From positions 1,739 to 65,738 of the forward strand of contig CALXZJ010000002.1 of NCBI GenBank assembly GCA_944393235.1: a stretch of 64,000 nt of DNA, in the 5' to 3' direction. Below, in pieces: positions 19,069 through 27,556 of the stretch. Below the pieces are notes generated by a model. It made no database searches. It was not told the DNA's origin and saw nothing but the letters and a program-made list of their open reading frames with translations. The DNA is from an uncultured Alphaproteobacteria bacterium (lineage in GTDB: Bacteria; Pseudomonadota; Alphaproteobacteria; RF32; CAG-239). The translations under genes were made by a program, and so were the position numbers. How positions within the stretch are numbered: the stretch's first letter is position 1; each line of letters starts with the position of its first letter.

Positions 19069-20347
19069 ATATCGCTCCTTCGTAATACCAGTTATGGCTG
19101 TTTATATCATATTTAATAGTATTAATCTTAAGTCCTGAAAAATTCATTAACAAATCTTTCCATTGCATTGGATCATGATTAGAAGTGAAATTAAATTTAA
19201 CAGAACGATAAACATTTTTTTGCGGAGATGTCCAAGTTTCCGTACCCGTATTGATAGGCATTTGCAGCGCCTGGAACAAATCGTTAATCATATTAATCAA
19301 ATCCACGCTGTTTTTTTCCGGCGGTGAATTTAAATTTTTAACATCTGTTATCGGTACAGAAACAACCACGCTGTTGCCGTTTGCTGCAATTGAACGGCTT
19401 GAAAAAGTAACCCCTGAATTATCAAGAGCGTGATCCATCCATGAAAGTCGACCGACTTCACGCTTCCAAGAAGTAACAAGACTGGTTGGCGTACAGGTAA
19501 TACCTTCAATTTTCCATCCGGGAACAACAATACCGACAACATCTTGTGTTGCTTTAAAACATTTATCTAAAATAGCCTGAGGATCCGGAATGCTTTCCCA
19601 CGGCTTAGGTTCAGGCGGAGGCGGGGCTTTTTCAATTGTTTTGACCGGAACTGGTGCAATAATCGGTTTCTTAGGTGGCGCTAAAAAGACAGAATTTATC
19701 AATGTTGAAACCAACCAAATGGCAGCCACGCCGATAGCAGCGACCACGGCAAACAGTTTCGGACCGCGTAATGCGCGAATTTTTTGTAAATATGCCGTTG
19801 CGCCTTTGTCCAGCATCCCTTCAAGAGACATTTCTTCTGTCTCTTCAATGCCCCATTCGGCAGGGGCAATTTTACGTCCCCAATCCGGCACGGCAAGCAT
19901 AGACATAAACTGTTCTTTGGCGTCTTCTTCATTTAAGAAAAGCATATCGCCGTCAGAAAGGATAATATCGTTTCTGGCGCAAACATACCACCAGCCGTTA
20001 TTTACCTTAAAAACAGCCAAAAATGAAGATCGATCAGATAATGCCGTAGCAACTGTAACGGCTGCCGCCGGCATTTTCTTTTTATAACCTTGGTAAGAAA
20101 CACAAAGACCGAATTGCGGGGATTTACCAGGCTTTAAGCAAAATAAATCCGCACCTTCCAAAACATTTTCAGAAGCCTCTATAATTTCCGTAAAAGGATC
20201 ATCCCGATTCTGCAGCGGTTGCCAGAAGAGGCTGGCGGCATATGGCACGCCGCCAATCTCAAAGTTGGTTCCCCAAGCTTTGGCTTCATCTCTTTCCGGA
20301 GCTGCTTCACCGGAATAGTTTTCATCTAAATTAGCATCTTCCAGCAC
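19058..20347 (-). CDS. PilO-like (IncI/PilO2-type) pilus biogenesis protein
   Basis: 429 aa, GTG start with an AAGGA RBS, and a single central TM helix (LFAVVAAIGVAAIWLVSTLINSVFL). Its size and its position between the secretin and pilP match R64 pilO. No diagnostic motif is known to me. Confidence 0.45.
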   Translation of the reverse strand: MLEDANLDENYSGEAAPERDEAKAWGTNFEIGGVPYAASLFWQPLQNRDDPFTEIIEASENVLEGADLFCLKPGKSPQFGLCVSYQGYKKKMPAAAVTVATALSDRSSFLAVFKVNNGWWYVCARNDIILSDGDMLFLNEEDAKEQFMSMLAVPDWGRKIAPAEWGIEETEEMSLEGMLDKGATAYLQKIRALRGPKLFAVVAAIGVAAIWLVSTLINSVFLAPPKKPIIAPVPVKTIEKAPPPPEPKPWESIPDPQAILDKCFKATQDVVGIVVPGWKIEGITCTPTSLVTSWKREVGRLSWMDHALDNSGVTFSSRSIAANGNSVVVSVPITDVKNLNSPPEKNSVDLINMINDLFQALQMPINTGTETWTSPQKNVYRSVKFNFTSNHDPMQWKDLLMNFSGLKINTIKYDINSHNWYYEGAIYVL

Positions 20348-20362
20348 GGTTTTTCCTTTCCG

Positions 20363-22009
20363 TTAATAATTCATTCTCGATTCAGGAGATAAAGGTGTAT
20401 TCAGCACCACCGGCGTCAGCATAATCACCAAAATACTTCTGGTTTTTTCAGCTGTGGCCGTACCACCCAAAAGCGAATTTTCCGCAGAGCCGACACCGGT
20501 TTTGTTTGCCGTGTTTTCAACTCTCTCATAGCCGCTCAAAATCAGCGTTTCGCCAGATTTCAAAGCAACTTCCTGCGTAAAGCCGCGAGTTTCAATAATC
20601 GGGTTTTGAATATACTGACCGCTGGTTTCTTCCGAACCTTCGCCGCTGCCGCCCAAGTCAACTCTTTCCAACTCAATCAAGTCAGACAATGTCAAGTTAA
20701 ACATCAGCATCAAACGGCCGTGTTCCAAAATCCGCGGCAACACATCAAGTGTGAAACCTGTTTCAATTTCTTCGGTTTCCGTTGACAAGTCATAGTAGCT
20801 GCCATCGCTGCCTGAATTTGTCTTCGTGATTTCGGAAATATAATTCTGCGTCCGAACCACTTGAATAGGCGCAGGCTTGTTGTTCAGGGTCGTTACCGTA
20901 CCGCTGGTAACCAACGTTGTCGTACCTTGTTCAGACAAAGCTTGAATAGCGCCTTCCAGCGTCCAGCTACCGGAAACAATCGCCATTGACAAGTTTTCGG
21001 TAATTTCAGCACCCAAACCGCTACCTGGGCTGGCAAATCCCAAGTCAGTAATGTGGCTACCGCTGATACCGCCGTCGGCTCTGGTGCCGTTAAACACGGC
21101 GCCCAAGTTCAAGCCGTATTGATCGCTGTCTGAAATCGTAACTTGCAACACTTTAACGCTGATAGCTACTTGCCGTGACAATCTAACGTTCTGCTCATTA
21201 ACAAATTTTGCCACCTTACGAATATCTGTCGGCGTACCGGTCAGTGTAATTGTTCCGTTTGATTGATCCATCGTCAACTGTGAGCCTTGGCTTATCATAG
21301 ATTTGATGGATGCCTCAATATTGGCCCACAAATCAATGTTAGCCGTATTGGTAAGCGAAACGGATGAAGAACCCGCGCTACCCTCGGTGGACGAACCGCC
21401 AACGTTGACCGACAAGGTCGGTTTTGTCGGAAGCGTGTAAAGCACAAATGTTTTGGTAATATATTTATAAAAATAAATTTGTTTATTTTCATATTTCCAC
21501 CAGATGCCGAAACGGTTAGAAACCTCGTCCAGCAATCCGCTCAACGGCCCTTTGTAAGAAAGAAGCATTTTTGTGCTATCTGTCCATTGTGCACCGATGG
21601 TTTCCAAACTTGGCGTATTGCTGTCAGCCAAACTTTTGGAGTTTTCTTCCAATTCTTGGTCATAACGGACAGACAATGACGTAATTTTGTTAATCATATC
21701 GCCGATTTCATATAAAGTAATGGGGCGGTTGCTGATTAAGGTAATGCCGTCCGCCGTTTCTAAATAACTTGGCACGGGGTCGCCTTCATATTCAACCTCG
21801 CTGGTATCGCCAAGCCAGATATCGTCTTTAACGCGTATAACATCAATCGGCGCCGGCGTTGTCGGCATTTTTGCTTCTTCTTTAAGAACGACGGTATTTT
21901 CAATTTCGCGTTCCAAAGTTGCGTCCAAATCGGTTGAAACGGAGCAGGCTGCCACCAGCCCGGCTACGGTCGTTCCAATAGCCAAATTGATAATTTTATT
22001 CATATGCAT
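20363..22009 (-). CDS. pilN: Secretin lipoprotein, PilN-type (type IVb pilus outer-membrane channel)
   Basis: The lipoprotein signal is MNKIINLAIGTTVAGLVAAC. The C-terminal secretin core is LNNKPAPIQVVRTQNYI...GFTLDVLPRI...GETLILSGYE...ILVIMLTPVV. A GGAGG RBS favours the ATG at 22009. Confidence 0.85.
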   Translation of the reverse strand: MHMNKIINLAIGTTVAGLVAACSVSTDLDATLEREIENTVVLKEEAKMPTTPAPIDVIRVKDDIWLGDTSEVEYEGDPVPSYLETADGITLISNRPITLYEIGDMINKITSLSVRYDQELEENSKSLADSNTPSLETIGAQWTDSTKMLLSYKGPLSGLLDEVSNRFGIWWKYENKQIYFYKYITKTFVLYTLPTKPTLSVNVGGSSTEGSAGSSSVSLTNTANIDLWANIEASIKSMISQGSQLTMDQSNGTITLTGTPTDIRKVAKFVNEQNVRLSRQVAISVKVLQVTISDSDQYGLNLGAVFNGTRADGGISGSHITDLGFASPGSGLGAEITENLSMAIVSGSWTLEGAIQALSEQGTTTLVTSGTVTTLNNKPAPIQVVRTQNYISEITKTNSGSDGSYYDLSTETEEIETGFTLDVLPRILEHGRLMLMFNLTLSDLIELERVDLGGSGEGSEETSGQYIQNPIIETRGFTQEVALKSGETLILSGYERVENTANKTGVGSAENSLLGGTATAEKTRSILVIMLTPVVLNTPLSPESRMNY

Positions 22010-22745
22010 TCTCATCCTCCATTGTTTCAACCACTAAAACGCGGTTTCCTTTATAAAAAGTAGCAATCGGTGCTGGGCGCGCTCTGGCAAATGCGCGGAT
22101 TAAAGCCGAACTGACATCGGCAAAGCGTCCTCTAAACATCGCGCCGGCACTTAAAACATAATTCCGGTTAGTGTTCCAAACCAGCCGCCAGCCGGATTTT
22201 TCGCTCCAATCGGTTAACAAAGCTTTCAAATTCTGCCCTTCTTCAGCCAACCAGTCTTGAACCGGATCTTCAACATCTTCCATGCCTTCTTCATCTTCGA
22301 TATCACCGCTTGTTTCATCATCTGTTTCGGCGATTTCTTCTTCAACGACTTCTTCTGTTACAGAAGCAAGATCTGAACCGGGGTTAATTTGTTCTTCATA
22401 TTCTATAACTTCATCTTCAATTGACGGGGGAATTGCCGCCGACAAGTTGTTGCCTGCCGCAGCTTGGGAGATCATCCGGTCGCGTGGGTTGCGTTCGCCG
22501 TATTCTCTAAAATCAGCGGCAGTGCTTGTATAATTGACAAACGGATCAGTCGGGCACAATGCCGGATCATCGGTCGTTTGGCAAATATAATCATCTGCCG
22601 GCAAGGCAACTTCTTCCACGACAACCTCTTGAACCGGGCAATTTTGTCCGTTGCATTGAGCCGTATAGGCGGAATTGTTGTGTACACAGCCGCCTACGCC
22701 CCAAAGGCACATCAGGCAGACGGGTAAAAATAGTCTTTTATTCAT
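21996..22745 (-). CDS. Lipoprotein with TcpQ/PilL-like C-terminal domain (secretin-associated)
   Basis: The lipobox signal is MNKRLFLPVCLMCLWGVGGC, followed by an acidic linker. The C-terminus is NLKALLTDWSEKSGWRLVWNTNRNYVLSAGAMFRGRFADVSSALIRAF...ATFYKGNRVLVV. That is the pattern I associate with the TcpQ/PilL domain. It lies directly upstream of the secretin. Confidence 0.6.
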   Translation of the reverse strand: MNKRLFLPVCLMCLWGVGGCVHNNSAYTAQCNGQNCPVQEVVVEEVALPADDYICQTTDDPALCPTDPFVNYTSTAADFREYGERNPRDRMISQAAAGNNLSAAIPPSIEDEVIEYEEQINPGSDLASVTEEVVEEEIAETDDETSGDIEDEEGMEDVEDPVQDWLAEEGQNLKALLTDWSEKSGWRLVWNTNRNYVLSAGAMFRGRFADVSSALIRAFARARPAPIATFYKGNRVLVVETMEDENAYE

Positions 22746-22830
22746 GTTTAATTCCCCTTTGTCATACTTCATAATATTTTCCATATCATACAGGCTGTAA
22801 TTTAAATAATCAAGCATCACAAAACACTTA

Positions 22831-24651
22831 TTACCATGGCTGATAGTAAGAATTATTGTTGTTTTTATTTATCACAACCTCTTCGTTATTGTTAAACCGG
22901 ATATTCCTAATAATAAATGAATTTGGCTCTCGCGACGTGAAAACGATATTGATTTTTCTGAAATCAACGCCGCGGTTGGCTAAAATTGTGCTGAGCAAAT
23001 TGAGGCGTTTTTTTTGCAAAGCAAAAGAACTCGTGCCATCAATCCTGATTTCGATATACATATTGTTGTTATCACGCGCATTGTCTGCAAAAGCATGTAT
23101 CCACCGCAGAGTTTGTCCTGAAATTTCTGCTCGGTTCGGTTGGAAAGAAAGCCGCAATTCTGCCGGCAGAATTTGTGTTGCGGTTTTATTATCATCTCTT
23201 CCTGAAACAATGCCAAAAAAGTCTATACCGTTCTTTTTCTTAGAATTTTGTTTAACGGCAGACTGCTGGGTACTGTTTTGTTTTCCGCTTTCATCATCTG
23301 AAAACCAAGATGCAATACTTTTAAATAAGCCGCTTTGTTTTTCGCTTTCGTTTAACTTGCTCTCATCGGCAGTTGTTTTTTTAGCGGCGTCTTGCTCGGC
23401 TTTTTTCTCCGTATCATCAGTTTTTTCTTTCGGAGAGGCGGTTAATTGCGGCGTTAAATCAGTATCATTCATAATATCTTCCGGGATAGGAATAAGCAAA
23501 TTCTGCATCATCTGATAAGCCACTTTTGTTTCTTTGTCTTGTTCGGCGTTTGTTTCAGGTTTGAGCGCCGCGGCAATTTCCTCTCCGGCTTCGTTGATAG
23601 CATCAGCTGCTTTTTGTTTAACGTTTTCTTCTTGAGATATTTTTGTTATCTCTTGCGCCTCAACTTTGGCAAATTGCTCAACAACGGCCTGATTTTTTGC
23701 AAACTTATTGCCTTTGGCAACCACCCACGGACTGTCGTTTTCCGATGTTTCAGACATTTGCGTCCATTCATTTTGTTTTAAGTCGGCTTCTGCCAAAGTC
23801 TTTTCTTCTTCAAAACCTTCTTCTTCAATTGTACTGACCAGATTATTAGGTTCTAACATGGCAATTTGTGAAGCATTGGCATTTTGCACAACATCAATAT
23901 GTGAATGAAGCACGCCATCGCCTTCGGTTAGCGGAATGCCGTTTTCTTCAATAATGTTGTTTTCATTTGCTGTTGCCGGCAGATTATTGTCAGCAACCAG
24001 AATTTTTTCTTCAGTTGTATCGGCAGTTTCATCTTCCGGCATATAAATAATTTCGGCAGCTTTTGCCGGCTCGGTTGTTTCAGCCTCAAAAGTATCGCTG
24101 ATATCGGCATAAACAATGCCGCTTTTCTCATAATCAACAGAAGGATTAAGTTTAGTAATAACGTTTTCTTTTTCCAAAACAATTTCCTGAGCATCAGCCA
24201 AATCGGTACTGATAATATTTTTTTGTTCTGAAACATGGTTGTCATTTTTTGCCGCCTGACTGATTTTGCTTTGCTCTTTGCCTGCAGTTTTAGAGATTGA
24301 TACTAAAGCTGCTTCGCCTTCCACCACGGCAACATTTTTCATAGTTTCTGCCGGTGGCGGCGGCAGACTGCCGATAGAAACGGCTGCGGTTTGGTTGCTT
24401 TCAGGAGCAGAACTTAAAACAGGCGCTGTCAATTTTTCAATTTCGCTGACATCAATTTGAAAATCGCTTGATTTCGGCTTCAAAGTTTCAACCGAGGTTG
24501 AAAATAAAGAAATATTTTGAATTTTGGCTGAATTTTCAGGCATTCTATTGTCTGTTTTTGGCGTATGCATAAACACTTTATTAACGCCGAGCACCGCTAA
24601 TAAAGAAAATAAAAAGCTGCAAACAAAATTTTTCAAGCTTTGTTTATACAT
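22831..24651 (-). CDS. Membrane-anchored acidic protein, first gene of the pil operon, with a possible degenerate OmpA/MotB-like C-terminal domain
   Basis: It has an N-terminal TM helix and ~450 aa of E/K/A/T-rich low-complexity sequence. The C-terminus is LRLSFQPNRAEISGQTLRWIHAFADNARDNNNMYIEIRIDGTSSFALQKKRLNLLSTILANRGVDFRKINIVF. This follows the OmpA-like spacing but lacks the canonical TD..G..N..LS..RA residues. Confidence 0.35.
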   Translation of the reverse strand: MYKQSLKNFVCSFLFSLLAVLGVNKVFMHTPKTDNRMPENSAKIQNISLFSTSVETLKPKSSDFQIDVSEIEKLTAPVLSSAPESNQTAAVSIGSLPPPPAETMKNVAVVEGEAALVSISKTAGKEQSKISQAAKNDNHVSEQKNIISTDLADAQEIVLEKENVITKLNPSVDYEKSGIVYADISDTFEAETTEPAKAAEIIYMPEDETADTTEEKILVADNNLPATANENNIIEENGIPLTEGDGVLHSHIDVVQNANASQIAMLEPNNLVSTIEEEGFEEEKTLAEADLKQNEWTQMSETSENDSPWVVAKGNKFAKNQAVVEQFAKVEAQEITKISQEENVKQKAADAINEAGEEIAAALKPETNAEQDKETKVAYQMMQNLLIPIPEDIMNDTDLTPQLTASPKEKTDDTEKKAEQDAAKKTTADESKLNESEKQSGLFKSIASWFSDDESGKQNSTQQSAVKQNSKKKNGIDFFGIVSGRDDNKTATQILPAELRLSFQPNRAEISGQTLRWIHAFADNARDNNNMYIEIRIDGTSSFALQKKRLNLLSTILANRGVDFRKINIVFTSREPNSFIIRNIRFNNNEEVVINKNNNNSYYQPW

Positions 24652-25366
24652 ATTTCATAAGCACCTCATGAGCAAAAAAGCGCGCAAAAACAATCGATTG
24701 ACAATATTTACACACTTTTTAATAGTCCTATTGCCTAAAAGATACAACTAATAATATTAAAATAGAGTTAATGCTAATTCTTTTGCCATGTTCCGAGGTG
24801 CTGCCTTTTTTCTATCGTCATGCCACGGCCGAGCGGTGCCCTTTTTCTATTGTCATGCCACTGCCGAGCACCGCTCGGCAGTTTAGGCATCTCTTCCTTT
24901 TTTCTCTGTCATGCCTCCGAGGTGTTGGAACAACACCGAGGATAAGGCATCTCATCCCATATGTGCGACAGACGCCTAACCTCGAGTGTTAACGCTCCTT
25001 CAGAGCGTGACGATGTGGTACGTCACCCCACGAGGATACGCCAGTATCCGAGTTTAGGGGTCTCCCAAAGGACGCCTCAACCACTGCACAATCGCACGCA
25101 CGGGTACATAACAAGAAAAAGGGGCAGCCCTTTCTCTCTAAGATACGCAAATATTAGAAGTTTATTTACCTTTTCACGTTATAAAATAACCGATTGAATG
25201 CCGAATTTGAATGTGAATTTTTTGTTACACAGTGCAATTATTATTAAAAAACAATAAGATAATACATTTTTGGATATCCAAAAAAAACTGGCAAAATGTT
25301 TTCAAATCTGGTATTCTAAAGATGTATAAGAAGTTTTGTTATAATTTAAATTTTAGGAGAAAAGCA
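24652..25366. promoter_or_regulatory. Divergent intergenic control region between the pil operon (-) and the virB2-led T4SS operon (+)
   Basis: 715 bp without a credible ORF. It separates the two first genes, which point away from each other. It contains the hairpin-repeat array and, near 25338, a TATAAT hexamer ~25 nt upstream of the virB2 AGGAG RBS. Confidence 0.45.
24785..25140. repeat. Array of ~42-46-bp nested-hairpin units (REP/BIME-like modular repeat), copy A
   Basis: Units share the ends GTCAYSCC...AGGSRTCTC, and these ends pair with each other (ATGCC/GGCAT or ACCCC/GGGGT). The inner palindromes differ: CTGCCGAGC-acc-GCTCGGCAG, GGTGTTG-gaa-CAACACC, GGATAC-gcca-GTATCC. 24890-24990 is near-identical to 56260-56360. 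25022-25090 is near-identical to 25833-25900. Confidence 0.85.
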
Positions 25367-25717
25367 ATGAAGTTTCTTAAAAATAATGCCTTTACCCTGC
25401 TTGCCTTTGCTCTGGTATTTGCGATGACGATGATCGGCGATGCTAATGCAGAATCTGTTATGGAAACGGCTAAGACTAAAGCAGTAAGCGTTTTTCAAGC
25501 TGTTAAAACAATCATTTTCATTGTTGGTGGTTTTGGTTTGATCGCGTTAGCGTTCCAGGCAATTTTCGGTAAAGTGAAGTGGCCGTGGTTTGCCGGTCTG
25601 GCTTTCGGTCTGGCAGTTTTAGCGGCAGCCGGTGCAATTGTTAACTACGCAACAGGGGATTCCAATGTAAATGACAGTACTCTGGGTGATACTTTCAGTA
25701 GTTCTACATCGGATTAA
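25367..25717 (+). CDS. virB2: T4SS pilin, VirB2/TrbC family (paralog 1)
   Basis: 116 aa with an AGGAG RBS and signal peptide (...MIGDANA/E). Two TM helices are separated by a short basic loop (FGKVKWPWF). It is first in a B2-B3-B4 gene order. Confidence 0.75.
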   Translation: MKFLKNNAFTLLAFALVFAMTMIGDANAESVMETAKTKAVSVFQAVKTIIFIVGGFGLIALAFQAIFGKVKWPWFAGLAFGLAVLAAAGAIVNYATGDSNVNDSTLGDTFSSSTSD

Positions 25718-25729
25718 TCAAAAAATATG

Positions 25730-25754
25730 GGGAAAAGCTTTAATGGCTTTTCCC
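25730..25754 (+). terminator. Stem-loop directly after virB2 paralog 1 (possible attenuating terminator)
   Basis: The stem is GGGAAAAGC/GCTTTTCCC (9 bp) with a 7-nt loop. There is no clean T-run. Confidence 0.4.
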
Positions 25755-25788
25755 TGTTATAAAATACAGTAAAGAAGATTTTATTATC

Positions 25789-25940
25789 GGTCTCACACCC
25801 GTCACCCCACGAGGATACGCCGTCCAAATCCTGTCACCCCACGAGGATACGCTAGTATCCGAGTTTAGGGGTCTCCCAAAGGACGCCTCAACCGCCGCAC
25901 GGTCGCGCGTCGGTGGCGTGACAAAAAAAGGTAACGTGAC
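25789..25940. repeat. Hairpin-unit repeat, copy B (between virB2 paralogs 1 and 2)
   Basis: It contains a truncated unit and a full GTCACCCCACGAGGATACGCTAGTATCCGAGTTTAGGGGTCTC unit, plus the CCAAAGGACGCCTCAACC tail shared with copy A. Confidence 0.85.
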
Positions 25941-26014
25941 AATATTGTAGCCATCCATAAAACGTTAATAAAATCTTCTTTATGATAAAACCAAAAAACG
26001 AAAGGTGAAAAACA

Positions 26015-26368
26015 ATGTTGCGCATAAATTTTAAGAAATATATTTTAGCGGGGCTGCTGGCATTCGCGCTTTCTTCAATTTTATGCGCAACCGATTCATA
26101 TGCCGTGTTTGAAAACCTCACCAGCACCGGTTGGGAAATTTTCGGCGGCATGCGTAAAATTATTTTTGGCGCGGCTGGCTTTGGTATCATTGCTGTTGCT
26201 ATTGGCAGCCTTTTTGGTTCCTTAAACTGGAAATGGCTCAGCGCAATCGTTATCGGCTTGATTGTGATTGCCCTAACCGTTGGTTTGGTACAATATCTGG
26301 TGGCAGGAACCGGTGCTGATATCTCGGTTTCCGGCATTACTGACACTTTAGTCAACGCCGGCGGCTAA
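26015..26368 (+). CDS. VirB2/TrbC-like pilin (paralog 2, divergent)
   Basis: 117 aa with a signal peptide and two TM helices flanking the loop GSLNWKWL. The topology and length match paralog 1. Confidence 0.65.
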   Translation: MLRINFKKYILAGLLAFALSSILCATDSYAVFENLTSTGWEIFGGMRKIIFGAAGFGIIAVAIGSLFGSLNWKWLSAIVIGLIVIALTVGLVQYLVAGTGADISVSGITDTLVNAGG

Positions 26369-26406
26369 AAAGTTTTTTATTGACTAACTTTTTTAAGGAG
26401 GCGGTC

Positions 26407-27447
26407 ATGATGAACAAAACAAACAAAATATTAGCGCTTTTGTTGCCGGCACTGTTCGTTTGTTTGCCGGTTGAGGCGTTTGCAGCGGGAGATATCTTTA
26501 CCATCATCTCCAACAAAATGGTTTCCACCGTTTTAGATGTCCGCAAAATTGTTTATGTCGTTGCCGGCTTTGGCTTGGTCATGTTTTCTGTTTTGGCTAT
26601 CTTTAACAAAATCAGCTTCAAACATTTATCATATATCATGATCGGCTTGTTTCTGCTTTCAGTCATGATGCCGTTTATCAACTATTTCAGCGGCGCCAAT
26701 TTGCGGGATTCCTCTTACACTTATGATGATTTTATTTCCGGTCAGGATTCCAGCATCACCGGCAGCAATGTGGAACAAACAGAAGACTGCACTACTGGAG
26801 CCAAATGCCCTGGCGGTACGGAAAATGGCGATGGCTCCGGCAGCAGCAACGCCGGCAGCGCCTTGGATAATGAGCTGGGTGAAAGTTATGGTGTTTCTGA
26901 TAACCAGGGCGGTACTACCGGCGGCTCGACAAACAGCACATCTAATGCCAACGCCTCAACCGGTGGTGAAAACTCCGGCGAGAAAAAGAGCTTCAAAGAA
27001 AAACTTAAAGACCTTGCCGATACTGCCGAAGATATCATCAGTGCCGGGAAAAGTGCGGTTAACTCTGTTGAATATGGCATGAATGTGGTCGACGAAACCA
27101 AGGAAGGTATTAGCGATGTTAGCGACATTATCTCCGGCGATGGCAATATTATTGATAAAATCGGCGACTTGGCAGGTTCTGTTAAGGGTTCAGTTGACAG
27201 TATAACTTCAAATGCAGATCAGTCTTTAGGCAGTGTGGCAAATACGGTAGATTCAGCGGGAGATGTTTTTGGCGTTTCGGATGCTTCTGAAAATTCCGGT
27301 GTCCAAGATGCTGTAGATACCGGTAAAGAAGCCAATAAAGATATTAGAAACGAAACAAATGATCACGCTAATCCGGTAAAAAATATCACAGGCGCAATTC
27401 GTACCGGACAAGATTTGATTAACCGAATGGGAAATTGGTTCGACTAA
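26407..27447 (+). CDS. VirB2-like pilin module fused to a ~240-aa G/S/D/N-rich C-terminal extension (paralog 3)
   Basis: An AGGAGG RBS precedes the ATG at 26407. The N-terminal ~105 aa has a signal peptide (VEAFA/AG) and two TM helices around NKISFKHL. The rest is low-complexity (GGTTGGSTNSTSNANASTGGENSG) followed by repetitive acidic helical sequence. Confidence 0.6.
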   Translation: MMNKTNKILALLLPALFVCLPVEAFAAGDIFTIISNKMVSTVLDVRKIVYVVAGFGLVMFSVLAIFNKISFKHLSYIMIGLFLLSVMMPFINYFSGANLRDSSYTYDDFISGQDSSITGSNVEQTEDCTTGAKCPGGTENGDGSGSSNAGSALDNELGESYGVSDNQGGTTGGSTNSTSNANASTGGENSGEKKSFKEKLKDLADTAEDIISAGKSAVNSVEYGMNVVDETKEGISDVSDIISGDGNIIDKIGDLAGSVKGSVDSITSNADQSLGSVANTVDSAGDVFGVSDASENSGVQDAVDTGKEANKDIRNETNDHANPVKNITGAIRTGQDLINRMGNWFD

Positions 27448-27556
27448 TCATCAAAGGAGCTCAAGCCGGTGGTCAAAAGTGGATTATTTAACAAAAACGA
27501 TTGACGAACGCCGGCTTAAGCGCCACTATAAAAACAATTATTAAGAGGGGTTTTGT

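Noticed and set aside
22831-24651. Calling the 606-aa first pil gene a bona fide OmpA-family peptidoglycan-binding protein
   Set aside because: Only the spacing of hydrophobic residues resembles OmpA_C. The canonical Asp/Arg peptidoglycan-contact residues are not evident, so I kept it as a low-confidence note rather than a call.
24771-25197. ORFs 24771..24992 and 24961..25197 (+) in the pil/virB intergenic region
   Set aside because: They lie entirely within the hairpin-repeat array and have no RBS. Their peptide sequences are simply translated repeat units (the same peptides recur at the other repeat copies), so they are spurious.
25740-26355. ORFs 25740..25958 (-) and 25888..26355 (-)
   Set aside because: The first is a translated repeat. 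The second is the antisense shadow of the VirB2-like gene 26015..26368, which has an RBS, a signal peptide and the pilin topology.
26723-27146. ORFs 26723..27082 (+) and 26886..27146 (-) inside the pilin extension
   Set aside because: They are alternative-frame products of G/C-rich low-complexity codons inside 26407..27447. There is no independent start signal.
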